This document shows positions 12,084 through 22,383 of a stretch of 64,000 bases of DNA, piece after piece. This DNA comes from Anthoceros angustus (lineage: Eukaryota; Plantae; Anthocerotophyta). Made by a program: the position numbers and the translations under genes. Positions within the stretch are counted from its first letter, which is position 1. Every line of letters starts with the position of its first letter. Below the pieces are notes generated by a model. The model was given only the letters and a program-made list of their open reading frames with translations, was not told where the DNA came from and did no database searches. The DNA is taken from positions 310,001-374,000 of the forward strand of contig VJWM01000182.1 in NCBI GenBank assembly GCA_010909165.1. Reading direction: 5' to 3'.

Positions 12084-13522
12084 TGTGTAGAAAGGGGTTC
12101 TCCTAAAACCCCTTTTGGCACACGGACATGGCCGGACCCCTTTTTGCACTTGAAAAAATCCGCACTATAATCAGCCTTTTTGGTATTTCTCTGCAGACAT
12201 GTCACCCGCAACCTTTTGAATAATTGTTTTAATACACGTTATTTGAGATTGCAGATTGCAAGTACATGGCAAAAACCTAAAGTCCCATTCTCGTTCAGCT
12301 TTTTCTTTCAAACTGGACACAGAATTCATGCGCAAACTTGTGCGCGCACATCTAAGCAGTCTCAACACACACATGATTGCGGTGTTGACTCTCTAAAATG
12401 TTTAGAGTTTTTAGGGCTTGCTGTAATTCTGGTGTGCAAACTTGTTTGCGCACCAACCTTTCATTCATACCAGTCAATCCTCAGACTATACTCTCGCTCT
12501 GGGAATTTTACAGGACTTCTTGACCTTCTTGACCCTTCTTAACCTTGGGTGCGCGCACTTGTGCATGCACCTGGGCCTCCTATGTGTGTCCAAATGGCTT
12601 AGGCCAAATGGACACACATTTATAAGAACGCCGTGATTAAGCATCCTGAGCTTAGATCGGGACTTAGATGGGGTGCCTGAAGGGAGTGGATGCCCTTGGT
12701 GCAAGTAGCTTAGGCACACCATAGTACAAGTTGTTAAGTAACAAGTCCCATGACGGAAATCCGTCCTTAGTGGACTAAAATAAAATTCATCTTCTTCTTC
12801 TTCTCCTTGCCCCCTGGTGCGCGCACAAGTGCGCGCACCTGGGCTGGCCCCCTTGCCCCCTTGTGCGCGCACCTGGGCCCCCTTGCCCCCTGGTGCACGC
12901 ACTTGTTCATCCAGCTGGGCCCCCTTGCATGTTTGATGATAACCCGGCACTAGGTCACCGCCAAAAAAGACGGAAACACCGTAAAGGATAAAAAGGGGAT
13001 AGAGTGTTCTTCGGCGCATTAGGGCATAAGATAGATATATGAGAGCGGTCTCGGTGAACCTCCGCCGATGTCTCCTACTTGTTATTTTGTCGGGAGTTCC
13101 GGCACATCCTCAAACCTCCAAAAGGACATGTTTCCCCATGAGAAGATTATTTTTCGCGTGCTTATTGCACAGTGTGCGCACAAGTTTGCGCATAGCGTTG
13201 TACCAGGTGCGCACTTATGCGCGCCTAGGCCCCCCTGGTATACAAAAACATACAAAACCACACAAAATGCAGAAACTACGGACATGACGAAATTATGGAA
13301 CAATGAGGTCACTGGCCCTTCATCACATCGACTAAATCGCCATGAACCTAAGTACAAGGCGGCAGCGCGGTGTAAATAACTCAGAAAGTGGTGCCGGAGC
13401 CGAGAATGCCCGAAACCGATGAATGAACACCTACAAAAACCAAACCAACTTCAATTTCCGGCGAAATAGGGTTGGGATTTTTTCCAAAACCCCTTTTGAC
13501 AGGAGAAACCCCTTTCTACACA
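12084..13522. mobile_element. Non-autonomous TIR (MITE-like) DNA element with a nested SINE-like insertion
   Basis: Left end is tgtgtagaaaggggttctcct; right end is aggagaaacccctttctacaca (reverse complement, one extra base). Internally there are GC-rich tgcgcgcac/ctgggcccccttgccccc repeats and no transposase motifs. No clear TSD. Confidence 0.7.
12582..12802 (+). mobile_element. SINE-like structured repeat, copy A
   Basis: It runs tgtgtccaaatggcttaggccaaatggacac...gtcccatgacggaaatccgtccttagtggac-AATAAA-(TTC)n with TSD ctcct at 12577-12581 and 12803-12807. Removing it restores the host repeat unit cacctgggcctccttgccccctggtgc. Confidence 0.85.
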
Positions 13523-14099
13523 ATCCCTGACAGGGATGATTTCTTGTGTCCTCCAATGTGAGTTTTATAGTATTTTCTGTTTAAAAAAATGAGAAATGTA
13601 TCTTGCCAAACTAGAGACTAGGAGCGATCTCCACTTCATAGGAGACCTTGTTGAGCTTCGCACTTATCTATTAAGAGTATAGGAAAACCTAGCAACATTG
13701 CGAAAAAAGGGAGGAACCCATAGTGTTGATATTGAGATTGCAAATGAAGTTACATATTTTCATGTATAAAATATTTTTTATTTATTTCAGAGTATCATTG
13801 CACTTACATGTTATTCCTATTAGAAGGTTCATTTATTCTCATTGAGATCCCTCCCAAAACCTATTGAGGCCCAACTTTTAATTAGATTTCATGCCTTTCT
13901 AATATATTCTTTCTATGATATGCTTTATGCTACTATGGATTTGAGATTCGTACATATATTCAATTTGGGCCAGATAACATATTGCTTCAAAATATTCTGA
14001 TTCTTTTCTTCTACCTATATAATTTAGTAAATAATTCATTAAAAACTACAATGAACATAATTTTTTTCCATATCGGCCTAAGGACTCATACTCATTTGA

Positions 14100-14540
14100 A
14101 TGAGCAAAATGCAGTTTTTTCCAAAATATCATTCAAAGTTAGCAATAGTTTGTTTCTACTTTATTTGTATTTCAATATTTTACATCAAGCCAAAAGTGCA
14201 AGCAAATCTTGATTCAGTGAAGTATGAGTGCAATGAACTTTCTTATGATGATGGCTCAACATATGCAAGAGCTGTGAAGACAATTCTACAAGATATTTTG
14301 GAGCATGCAGATGATAAAATTGTTTACAATTTACCAGGTTACAAAAACTCAGAACTTATTGAAGGTAATTCATATGTTTATGGAAATAGCTATTGCGAAG
14401 ATGTAGTTTATTATGCTTGTAAACAATGTTTGATGGATGCAATCCAAGTTTTACAAGCTGTGTGTACCAATATGGCGGGAGTTAAAATTCAAACCACCGG
14501 TCCCTCATGTTTTGTAAGATATGAGGAGTATCGTTTTTAG
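14100..14540 (+). CDS. Secreted single-DUF26 (Gnk2/ginkbilobin-2-like) cysteine-rich protein
   Basis: 146 aa with a hydrophobic N-terminal signal (LAIVCFYFICISIFYI). The six Cys fall in YECN, YGNSYC-x7-C-x2-C, VCTNMAGVKIQ and SCFVRYEEYRF, matching the Gnk2 C-terminus (ICNNAIGARVQ..CFIQYEQRSF). It is intronless and AT-rich. Confidence 0.85.
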   Translation: MSKMQFFPKYHSKLAIVCFYFICISIFYIKPKVQANLDSVKYECNELSYDDGSTYARAVKTILQDILEHADDKIVYNLPGYKNSELIEGNSYVYGNSYCEDVVYYACKQCLMDAIQVLQAVCTNMAGVKIQTTGPSCFVRYEEYRF

Positions 14541-14980
14541 CTAGTAGTCACTTGTTTATTATTTATATTATTATTCAAGTTATCAATAAAAATATAGATA
14601 TTGTGTTAAAGAATAATACAACCATAAACAATAAATACATTATGACACTTTTATTGACCTTTTAAGGGCCTACCACAACGACAGGGACGGGGTTGACCTC
14701 CCCCTTTCCAGTATCGTGGCATATTGCAGGCAACGGATTTTTATCGCCTTGCAAAGGGCGTTGGCTAGTGCCATCTTTAGACGATCACGAGTGCTGTAGA
14801 AGCGGCATCGGCAGCACCAGTGGTAAGTAAGCCCTTCCCTATCTTGGATGGCGACATCTTGGGGGTGGTGGTTATAGGGTAGATTAATGTAGAGGCACGC
14901 CCTTGGCCTGGTGTCCCGTCATCGTGGTCCCCTTCCGCCTCGGGGTAGATGGGATTTCCCATCTAGTTCTTTTTATAAAA

Positions 14981-15086
14981 TCTCCACATTCTCTTTTTAT
15001 TGACTTCTCTTTTTATTGACCCTTTGTCTCCACATTCTCTTTTTATTGACCCTTTGTCTCCACATTCTCTTTTTATTGACCCTTTG
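14981..15086. repeat. 30-bp tandem repeat (tctccacattctctttttattgaccctttg) x~3
   Basis: Full copies lie at 15027-15056 and 15057-15086, plus a variant at 14981-15026. Confidence 0.9.
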
Positions 15087-15111
15087 TTGTGACCTAAACA
15101 TGTTCACAATA

Positions 15112-15600
15112 CTAGTTGTTGCGTTGAAGAGAAATTGAAAAGCTCGTCAAATCGAGAGGGTAGGAGAGGAGACGCTTTGCCCGAGATTTCTCTGGAGACA
15201 CAGCTATGACATGGGAATGAGCGTTGGAATCCACCCGGACGGTCACCTTCACCCGAGAATCGGCCTCGTGCGTGACGATAGCGCTGGCATCTGGAGTGGT
15301 GATGGACACAATTGCGTGGATATCCAGCCCGATGTGGGGAACTGGGGGGTGGCGTTATCCCGACTCTGGGATGGCGGATGTGAAGCTGGTGGAGAAGGAG
15401 GCGGGCTTCTTGGTGGAGGGATCGATGAGGGCCACGGGGTCGGTTCGGAAGGCGCCCGCCGAGCTGTGGATGCTGGAGGCTGGGACCAGCAGCCCCAAGA
15501 AGGAGCCGGCGTCCGCCTAGAACGCGATCTGGCTCATCGTGACCGGAGCGCAGCACACACCGGCTGCAGGAGGAAGCCAGCCAGGGCTGGACACAGGCTC
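15112..15600 (-). pseudogene. L-type lectin pseudogene L3
   Basis: It reads AF*ADAGSFLGLL...SSAGAFRTDPVALIDPSTKKPASFSTSFT (near L4), then HIGLDIHAIVSITTPDASAIVT..KVTVRVD..LLSYPLDLTS. It has an in-frame stop, a deleted DGLAF/VAVEIDT core, and a start motif decayed to ctggcttcctcc. Confidence 0.9.
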
Positions 15601-15649
15601 GTGGGCATCGTCCGGACGGGGCTCATCTATCAAGTATTAAACAAAGACC

Positions 15650-16500
15650 TGTAGTCATTTATGGGTCAAGCATGCACGTGGGGAGAAGCGAGGGGACCAG
15701 GGGAGATGCACAAGCATTCAGTTTGCATGTATGCAGACTGAGGAAGGATACGTACGGACTTGTTTCAGGAGGCTGCTTCCATTCCTCTAAGCCAGGTATG
15801 GCCTGGAATCTGCACGTTCCAGATCTCTCACAGCATTTGCAGCATGCGAATGACTGCCTGACGCGATCCCTGGCAATATCTTGCCACTCTGCCGCCTGGC
15901 ATTGTTGTGGGCCACAACAATATGCTTGCTTCTGTGTTGCCTTACATTGCATTGCTCCAAGTACCAAGTGCCGTGATGGAGAAGAACTAAAATCCTTCAA
16001 GGATTGGGCATGGAGACCGGATGATGGTCGTGGAACATTTCAGAAAGGCCTGCAGCCTTCCTTTCTGAGCAGTGAACAGTGCACAGGTGGGGCTACACCT
16101 GAAAAGATGGCTCCGTCAGGTACGGCTCGACGCTCTCACCCGACGTCGCTCATCACAGGGCCATAGCCCAACAGGACAGAAGGAAGCCTGCTAAGCGACA
16201 AGGAGATGGGTCACAGCACATTCAGGTGGGGAGGAGCGGGGGGGCCCAGGAGAGCCGCTCAAGCATTCAGTCCGGATGTATGTGGACTGCTTCGCCAATG
16301 TCGTCCAGCCGGGAAGGAAGTTTCATCGACCAGGCACTAGCACGTGCTGGTCACCGTTGCTGGCTCCTCTTGAAGCTTCCATTGCTTTGAAATCGATCCT
16401 TCGACGCCTGTAACGAGATGTAGTACAGCAAATTCATCTGATTACCTCTTACGCGATGAGGCGTTGATGAGTGTTTACCATCCATGCAGTCCAATTTGGA
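15650..16500. pseudogene. Highly decayed duplicated block, possibly PPR-derived; homologous to 18270-18640
   Basis: It shares tcaggtacgg, acagaagga, agcgacaagga and ggatgtatgtgga with 18.27-18.55 kb, and tggcattgttgtgggccacaa with position 82-102. PPR origin is only weakly supported. Confidence 0.4.
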
Positions 16501-17239
16501 CAGGGATGGCATTGGACACAACATTCACATTCACACTAGTCACCCCCCACGAGAAAAAGCAACATTCTCTGGCGTACGCACTTGAGCACTGACCACTTCA
16601 GAATTCTCACGATCCAATGGCTGGTGAAGGCGCTTGCTAGCAGAATGCATAATTTGCAGTACAGAATCAGCGATGCGAATCAGAGCGAGGCGAATGCATT
16701 TGAATGAATCCCAACCACAACTGGACGGAATTGCGGACCTGCAGGGATGGAAGTGAAGGCGCTTGCTAACAGAAGGCGTCCTCTCCTGTACATAATCAGC
16801 GAGGAACTTTATTTCTGTGGCGCGCACTCTGGGCGCATTTGCGATTTGAACAGTGCGTTTGTGGCATGGAAAGCGTATTATTCGCTTGCAACGCACACAA
16901 CACAACACAACACAACATAGAGGAAAGATAGATATGGTCCCTTATTGAGGTGAGAAAACGATGGGAAGAGCCCATCCAAAAGGGAACAACCAAAGGGACC
17001 CGGGGTTGAGATGGAGAGGAGCAACTGAGCTCCCCACCTGAAGTCACCTACTCCATCCACAATGTGATATGCAGGAAGAATAAACGGCCTGCAAACCACG
17101 GAGATAGAGAAAGATGCGTCACCTACTGTCGTCGCCTTGTGGAGGATCGCCGTTCAGAGCGTCCCTTCAAGGGCAATTGAAACCCGCTCTGTCGGAAGTA
17201 TGCTGTGAAGTATGCTGTGAAGTATGCTGGAAAGAAAGA

Positions 17240-18070
17240 TCAGAACCACGTCTGGAAGGACCAAGAGTAGACGAAATTGTCCTCCGTGGCAAAGCCGCTG
17301 GCAGCCGTGAATCCCACATACGAGCTCGGGTTGATGATGCTTGCCAAATCGAGAGACTCGTAGGAGAAGAGATGCGTTGCCTGGGATTTGTGGGCGGGTT
17401 CCTTAGCGGCAGACGCAACCAATTCATGCCTTCGAGCGTCGTAATCCACCCAGACGGTCACCTTCTGCGGATCGACACCCTCTACGACGATACCGTCGGC
17501 AGTCGCCGAGACAACGGACACGATGCTGTTGACATCCAGCCCGAAGTGGGGAACTGCGGGGTCGTTGAAATCCCCATTCTGGTAGGTGTCGATCTCCAGC
17601 GCAACCGTCTTGATAGCGGGGTCCCCGTTGGCATACACCGTGGGGTCGAAGATCCCCAAGTACTCCCCTTGACTGGATATGGCGGCAGCGGGTGTGGGCT
17701 TGATCACAAACGCCAGCCCGTCGCCGGTGTTTGCCAAATTCTCCGTCGTGATGGCAAATGTGAAGCTGGTGCTGAAGGAGGCGGGCTTCTTGGTGGAGGG
17801 GTCGACGAAGGCCACGGGCTTGGTTCGGAACGCACCTCCCGCGCTGTCTTGGGTGGGGTTTGGGCCCAGCAGCCCAACGTAGGAGCCGTTGTCCGCGTAG
17901 TACGCACTCTCGCTCAACGTGATGCCCGACTGCGCGTTCCACTGGCCGATGCTGAAGCTCACAATTGGAGGTTGAAGGAGCCGGCCCGTCGCCGCGCTGG
18001 AGACAACGGAAAGGAGCAGAGCAAGAAGCACACAATGGAGCGACCAGGTGGAGGTCGAGGAGGAAGCCAT
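17240..18070 (-). CDS. Secreted L-type (legume) lectin, copy L4, intact, intronless
   Basis: ATG at 18070 gives 276 aa. It has a signal peptide (MASSSTSTWSLHCVLLALLLSVVSSAATG) and the motifs GDGLAF, VALEIDTYQNGDFNDP..PHFGLDVNS and YVGFTAASG. It ends VYSWSFQTWF*. Confidence 0.95.
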   Translation of the reverse strand: MASSSTSTWSLHCVLLALLLSVVSSAATGRLLQPPIVSFSIGQWNAQSGITLSESAYYADNGSYVGLLGPNPTQDSAGGAFRTKPVAFVDPSTKKPASFSTSFTFAITTENLANTGDGLAFVIKPTPAAAISSQGEYLGIFDPTVYANGDPAIKTVALEIDTYQNGDFNDPAVPHFGLDVNSIVSVVSATADGIVVEGVDPQKVTVWVDYDARRHELVASAAKEPAHKSQATHLFSYESLDLASIINPSSYVGFTAASGFATEDNFVYSWSFQTWF

Positions 18071-18699
18071 GGCTGGGCTGGTGGTGTTGGGCACTGGGCA
18101 CTATTGTTGATGTTGCATTCCCTGCCATCGCTCTATATGTAGGAGGCAAATCCAATGGATTGGGCATGCATGGCGGGATTGATGGTCAAATTTGCCAGTG
18201 GAAAGTATGTTAAGAAAAATGTGCAGTCTTATATGTAATGCTTTCCACTGTTCCAGGCTTCCTCCCATGAGACTGCGTCAGGTACGGGCTGACGTAGGCT
18301 TCATGCGACGCCGCTCATCTCGATCTCACGGTCACCCACCATGTCTCAGCCGTAGCCGAACACAACAGAAGGAGCGACAAGGACTTGGGTCTCGCAGCAT
18401 TCACGTGGGAAGGGGAGCTGATGCTGAAGCATCCATTCTAGACGACAAAGGCCAGCCTGAGGGGTGCATGCATGTGAGGGGCTCCATCAAAGCGGTGGAT
18501 GTATGTGGAGTCGTGGACTACTTTGCCACTGTCATCCAGCTGTGAAGGAAACCTGCAAACTTGTTTCAGGAAAAGCTTGACTTGACCTGACCACACACTA
18601 CGGCGTGACAAGTCTGTCAGCCATTGCTGGATCCTTTTCTATGTATGCATGGTCCATTATTGGACCATGAAGGCGGCGTCATTCCTTGCTCAAACTTTG

Positions 18700-20050
18700 A
18701 ACTTTAGATGTGATTCATCGTATTCGAAGTTGTGGCCAGAAAGGAGCATCTCATGTACACTGTAAAACACAACAAATCCATCATTCCATTCTGATTATGT
18801 ATCTCACTTATGATAAGATGTGGATCACTTGTCCCAGTGTGGACAGGGCTCGGTCAAAAACCTGGCGTGCATCTTCCAGTTCACAGCATTTGGCATACTT
18901 GTCCACCAGGCAGGTGCCAGCATTACGTTACCCAGCAGTCCTCTTTCCACAGTCAATGAATGCAGCTGCCTGCCCTTCTGTGAGGCACTAGTACTGGCTT
19001 GCACAGGCCTTCAGAAGCAAGCAAAAGTAACGTGGTTAGCAAAACTCCGCCCCTCCTGCTCCTTTCCACAGACTGTGAGTGCCCCTGCCTGCTCTTCTTA
19101 AGGCACTAGTACTTGCCCAGGCCTCAGAAGGCAAGCAAAAGCAGCAACATGGTTAGCCAAGATCTGCCCCTCCTGCACCATTTGTCCATACAGAACAAGT
19201 GCCTCATGTCCGAGCCCTTGCTCGACATACCCAGCTATCAGGGTGTCACCACATTTTTTGTGTTCGAGCTCTCAAAAACCTGGCATGCATCTTCCCCAGT
19301 TCCCCACACTTTGCACACCCAGGTATCAGGGCATTCATTCCTTGTCACCAACTCCGTGGTGGCCATGCTGTCAAAAAAAGCTGGCATGCATCTTCAGTTC
19401 GCCGCATTTTTCATACGTGTCCACCAGGCAGTTGCCAACAAACAAGTCAGGAGGAATCCCACTCTGCGCCACATCGCAGTCCACTTTTCTGCCAGATTCC
19501 AAGTCGGCAGCACATGCACAAGCTAGAATGGCATACAAAAAGACGTGAGCATCCACCTTCACTCCTGACCTACGCCCATCTCATGTTATAGTTGTATGAC
19601 CTCCTTACGTTTCCCACGCTTAGCCTACGCAGAAATTCATGGAAAACCACATTGAGGCATCTGATTCGCCCACCCTGGTGAACACATCCATGGCCCCCTG
19701 CAGAATACCTCCACATGCATCCATGCGCAAGATATGGTTCCCCAAGTATGAGCCCGCTCGTAGCCAAGTTGATTGACAGTGACTGCATGAACTCGTCGCC
19801 CCACAACAAGATCCTCCGTATCTCCACCCTGTTTTAGCACAGTGGAAAAACAGAGACTGAGAAATAGCAGTCAGTGTCCGCCAGACTCCAGGGCTCCAAC
19901 GGTCTCAGAAAGCTTCCCCTGCTGACATAACATGCTCACGATTCCAGCCCTCACGACGGCCATTGCCGATCCCCCACGCTTGCCAGGTTCACGCTTAGCC
20001 GGAGAGCTCGACTAGGAAGGAGAGGCACCATGAGTCATGGTGCCTCTCCT
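18700..20050 (-). pseudogene. PLS-class PPR pseudogene
   Basis: Fragments read MLCQQGKLSETVGALE, DLVVGRRVHAV, AILACACAADLESGRKV..VAQSGIPPDLFVGNCLVDTYEKCG and GLGHEALVLYGQM. There are many stops and frameshifts. Confidence 0.88.
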
Positions 20051-21048
20051 GCTCCAGCTCAAACCCCTCATGGTCCATATCCAAGGAAACCAGCTAAGGT
20101 TTCCTCATCAACCAAAGCTGGCTTAACCACAGAACTTGGCAGGACCCCTTAAGCCAGATCTCGCCTGTTGTCCCACCTCAAGGTAGGGTAGGAAAAAATT
20201 GTTGCCACAAGTGCTCCTTTCCTGCACTCGTGGCCATCATGTAAATCGCGTTGGCCAATCAATACATCAATATGTATCTAGTTCTTATATATATATATAT
20301 ATATATTTTATTCATTGATAATTCTTTTTATTAATATTATAGGATAACTATTCACTTGAATTGAGTGAACCCTAATGAGAACTCACTTAGGGTGATAAAA
20401 GGGTGCTTACATAATGAGTGAATAACTAATCCATAGAGGAACCTAGCAGTTAAGTAACCCACACTAGAATTTAGATCGGGTGCTTGTTTTACATTCAAAC
20501 TTCATATATTTTCCTCTTTTTGTCAGATAACCATTCATTATAATTATGTGAACCCTCACTAGAAATACAAATGTTCATAATAGATGCATGGAACGAGTGA
20601 ACCTGTTCACTCAAGTATTGCCCTTGCAAGTGCTCTTTGGAGGACAATAGCTCAACACCGTTCGTGGGAACATGATATGTTGGCTTTAGTGCAAGACTTG
20701 ATAAATTTATCAAAATCCTTAGTCAACGCCCCATAGAACTTCCTGTAGGATGTTTGAAGGATGACTATTAAGGTAAATCCATAGATTTTTTCTTCTCTTA
20801 ATGAATATAAATAAAATAATTCATAGGTATTGGATAACTATTAGATCCTTATAGAGAACCTAATAGTTAAGCCATTCTCACTAGAATTTGGATGAAGCAC
20901 TTGATGTTTCACATTTGAACTTCCTATATTTTCCTCTTATTGTTGGATAACATTCACTTTGATTAAATATACACTCACTAGAAGTGAGAGAGAGTGTTTA
21001 AAGGGTGATTATTTAAACTTCACAGATTTCTCTCTTTTGATTTCTCTC

Positions 21049-21251
21049 AAAGTGTGTCTAAATGGCCTAGGCCAAATGGACACACATTTATAAGCCGTGA
21101 TTAAACATCATGAGCTTGGATTCGGTACTTAGATAGGATGCTTAAAGAGAGTGGATGTAGCTTAGACACACCATGGTACAAGTTGTTAATACCAAGTCCA
21201 TGACGGAAATCCGTCCTTAGTGGACTTAAATAAAATTCTTCTTCTTCTTCA
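21049..21251 (+). mobile_element. SINE-like structured repeat, copy B
   Basis: Same head, body and 3' motif as copy A with a short internal deletion, a (TTC)n tail, and TSD ttctctc at 21042-21048 and 21252-21258. Confidence 0.85.
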
Positions 21252-21412
21252 TTCTCTCCTTCGCGTTTAAATACACTTCCTTCTTACTTCTCCATAAGTG
21301 GAGGACCGCAAAATATAAATTTGAGGAAGAGAACCGCGCGGTACTAGCCGGCGACCCTGCAGGGCTGTGTGCTTTTTGAACACAAAGTTATGCAGTTATG
21401 CAGACATGGTGG

Positions 21413-22286
21413 ATAAGGGAAGGTGTGAGCATCAGAAAAAGGTCTTGAAGGAGCAAGACCAGCTGGGAATCCCCATACCCATGCGAGAGAGAGCGGGTCG
21501 ATGATGCTCGTCAAATCGAGGAGAAGAGACGCTGTGCCTGATGAAAACTTCGCCACCAACCGTCAATTTCTTTGCTTTCAAATTCAAATACGATTCAGCG
21601 GATTCTGCTTAGCTCAAGACTGGGATTACGTTTACGTGGATCTGGGAAGCAGCTACGAGTCCTGCCAAGCAGGACACGCGGCCAGGCCACTTGGCATCAC
21701 AGGACCCACTTCCGGACCGCGTGGTGCCCGCTCAGGGGCCAGCAGAATGGAGCGGAGCAGAGCAGAGCAGAGCAGAGAACAGGAGGCCTGCATCACCCCA
21801 TTCCTCCTTCTTGGAGTGTCAATGGCGGAAGGAGGGAAGGAAGTAATAAGGAAGGTGTGAGCATCAGAAAAAGGTCTTGAAGGAGCAAGACCAGCTGGGA
21901 ATCCCATACCCATGCGAGAGAGAGCGGGTCGATGATGCTCGTCAAATCGAGGAGAAGAGACGCTGTGCCTGATGAAAACTTCGCCACCAACCGTCAATTT
22001 CTTTGCTTTCAAATTCAAATACGATTCAGCGGATTCTGCTTAGCTCAAGACTGGGATTACGTTTACGTGGATCTGGGAAGCAGCTACGAGTCCTGCCAAG
22101 CAGGACACGCGGCCAGGCCACTTGGCATCACAGGACCCACTTCCGGACCGCGTGGTGCCCGCTCAGGGGCCAGCAGAATGGAGCGGAGCAGAGCAGAGCA
22201 GAGCAGAGAACAGGAGGCCTGCATCACCCCATTCCTCCCTTCTTGGAGTGTCAATGGCGGAAGGAGGGAAGGAAGTAATAAGGAAG
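21413..22286. repeat. Near-identical ~432-bp tandem duplication containing a lectin C-terminal fragment (minus strand) and the upstream region of the next gene
   Basis: The two copies are offset by 431-432 bp, with the junction microhomology ataag(g)gaag at 21413, 21846 and 22278. The minus strand reads LLLDLTSIIDPLS..GF, matching lectin LDLASIINPSSYVGF. Confidence 0.92.
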
Positions 22287-22383
22287 CAAGGTAGGAAAAG
22301 GCTGTTGGAAGCATCACTTGGCTCGGCTTCTGAATCAATGGTCCAGGAGGACTGTACAGATCCAAACTAGTGCTGGACTGACG

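Noticed and set aside
16540-16908. Possible DYW deaminase remnant (HSASKRLH)
   Set aside because: There is no HxE or CxxC motif, and the segment is shared lectin 3' flanking sequence (also at ~4376).
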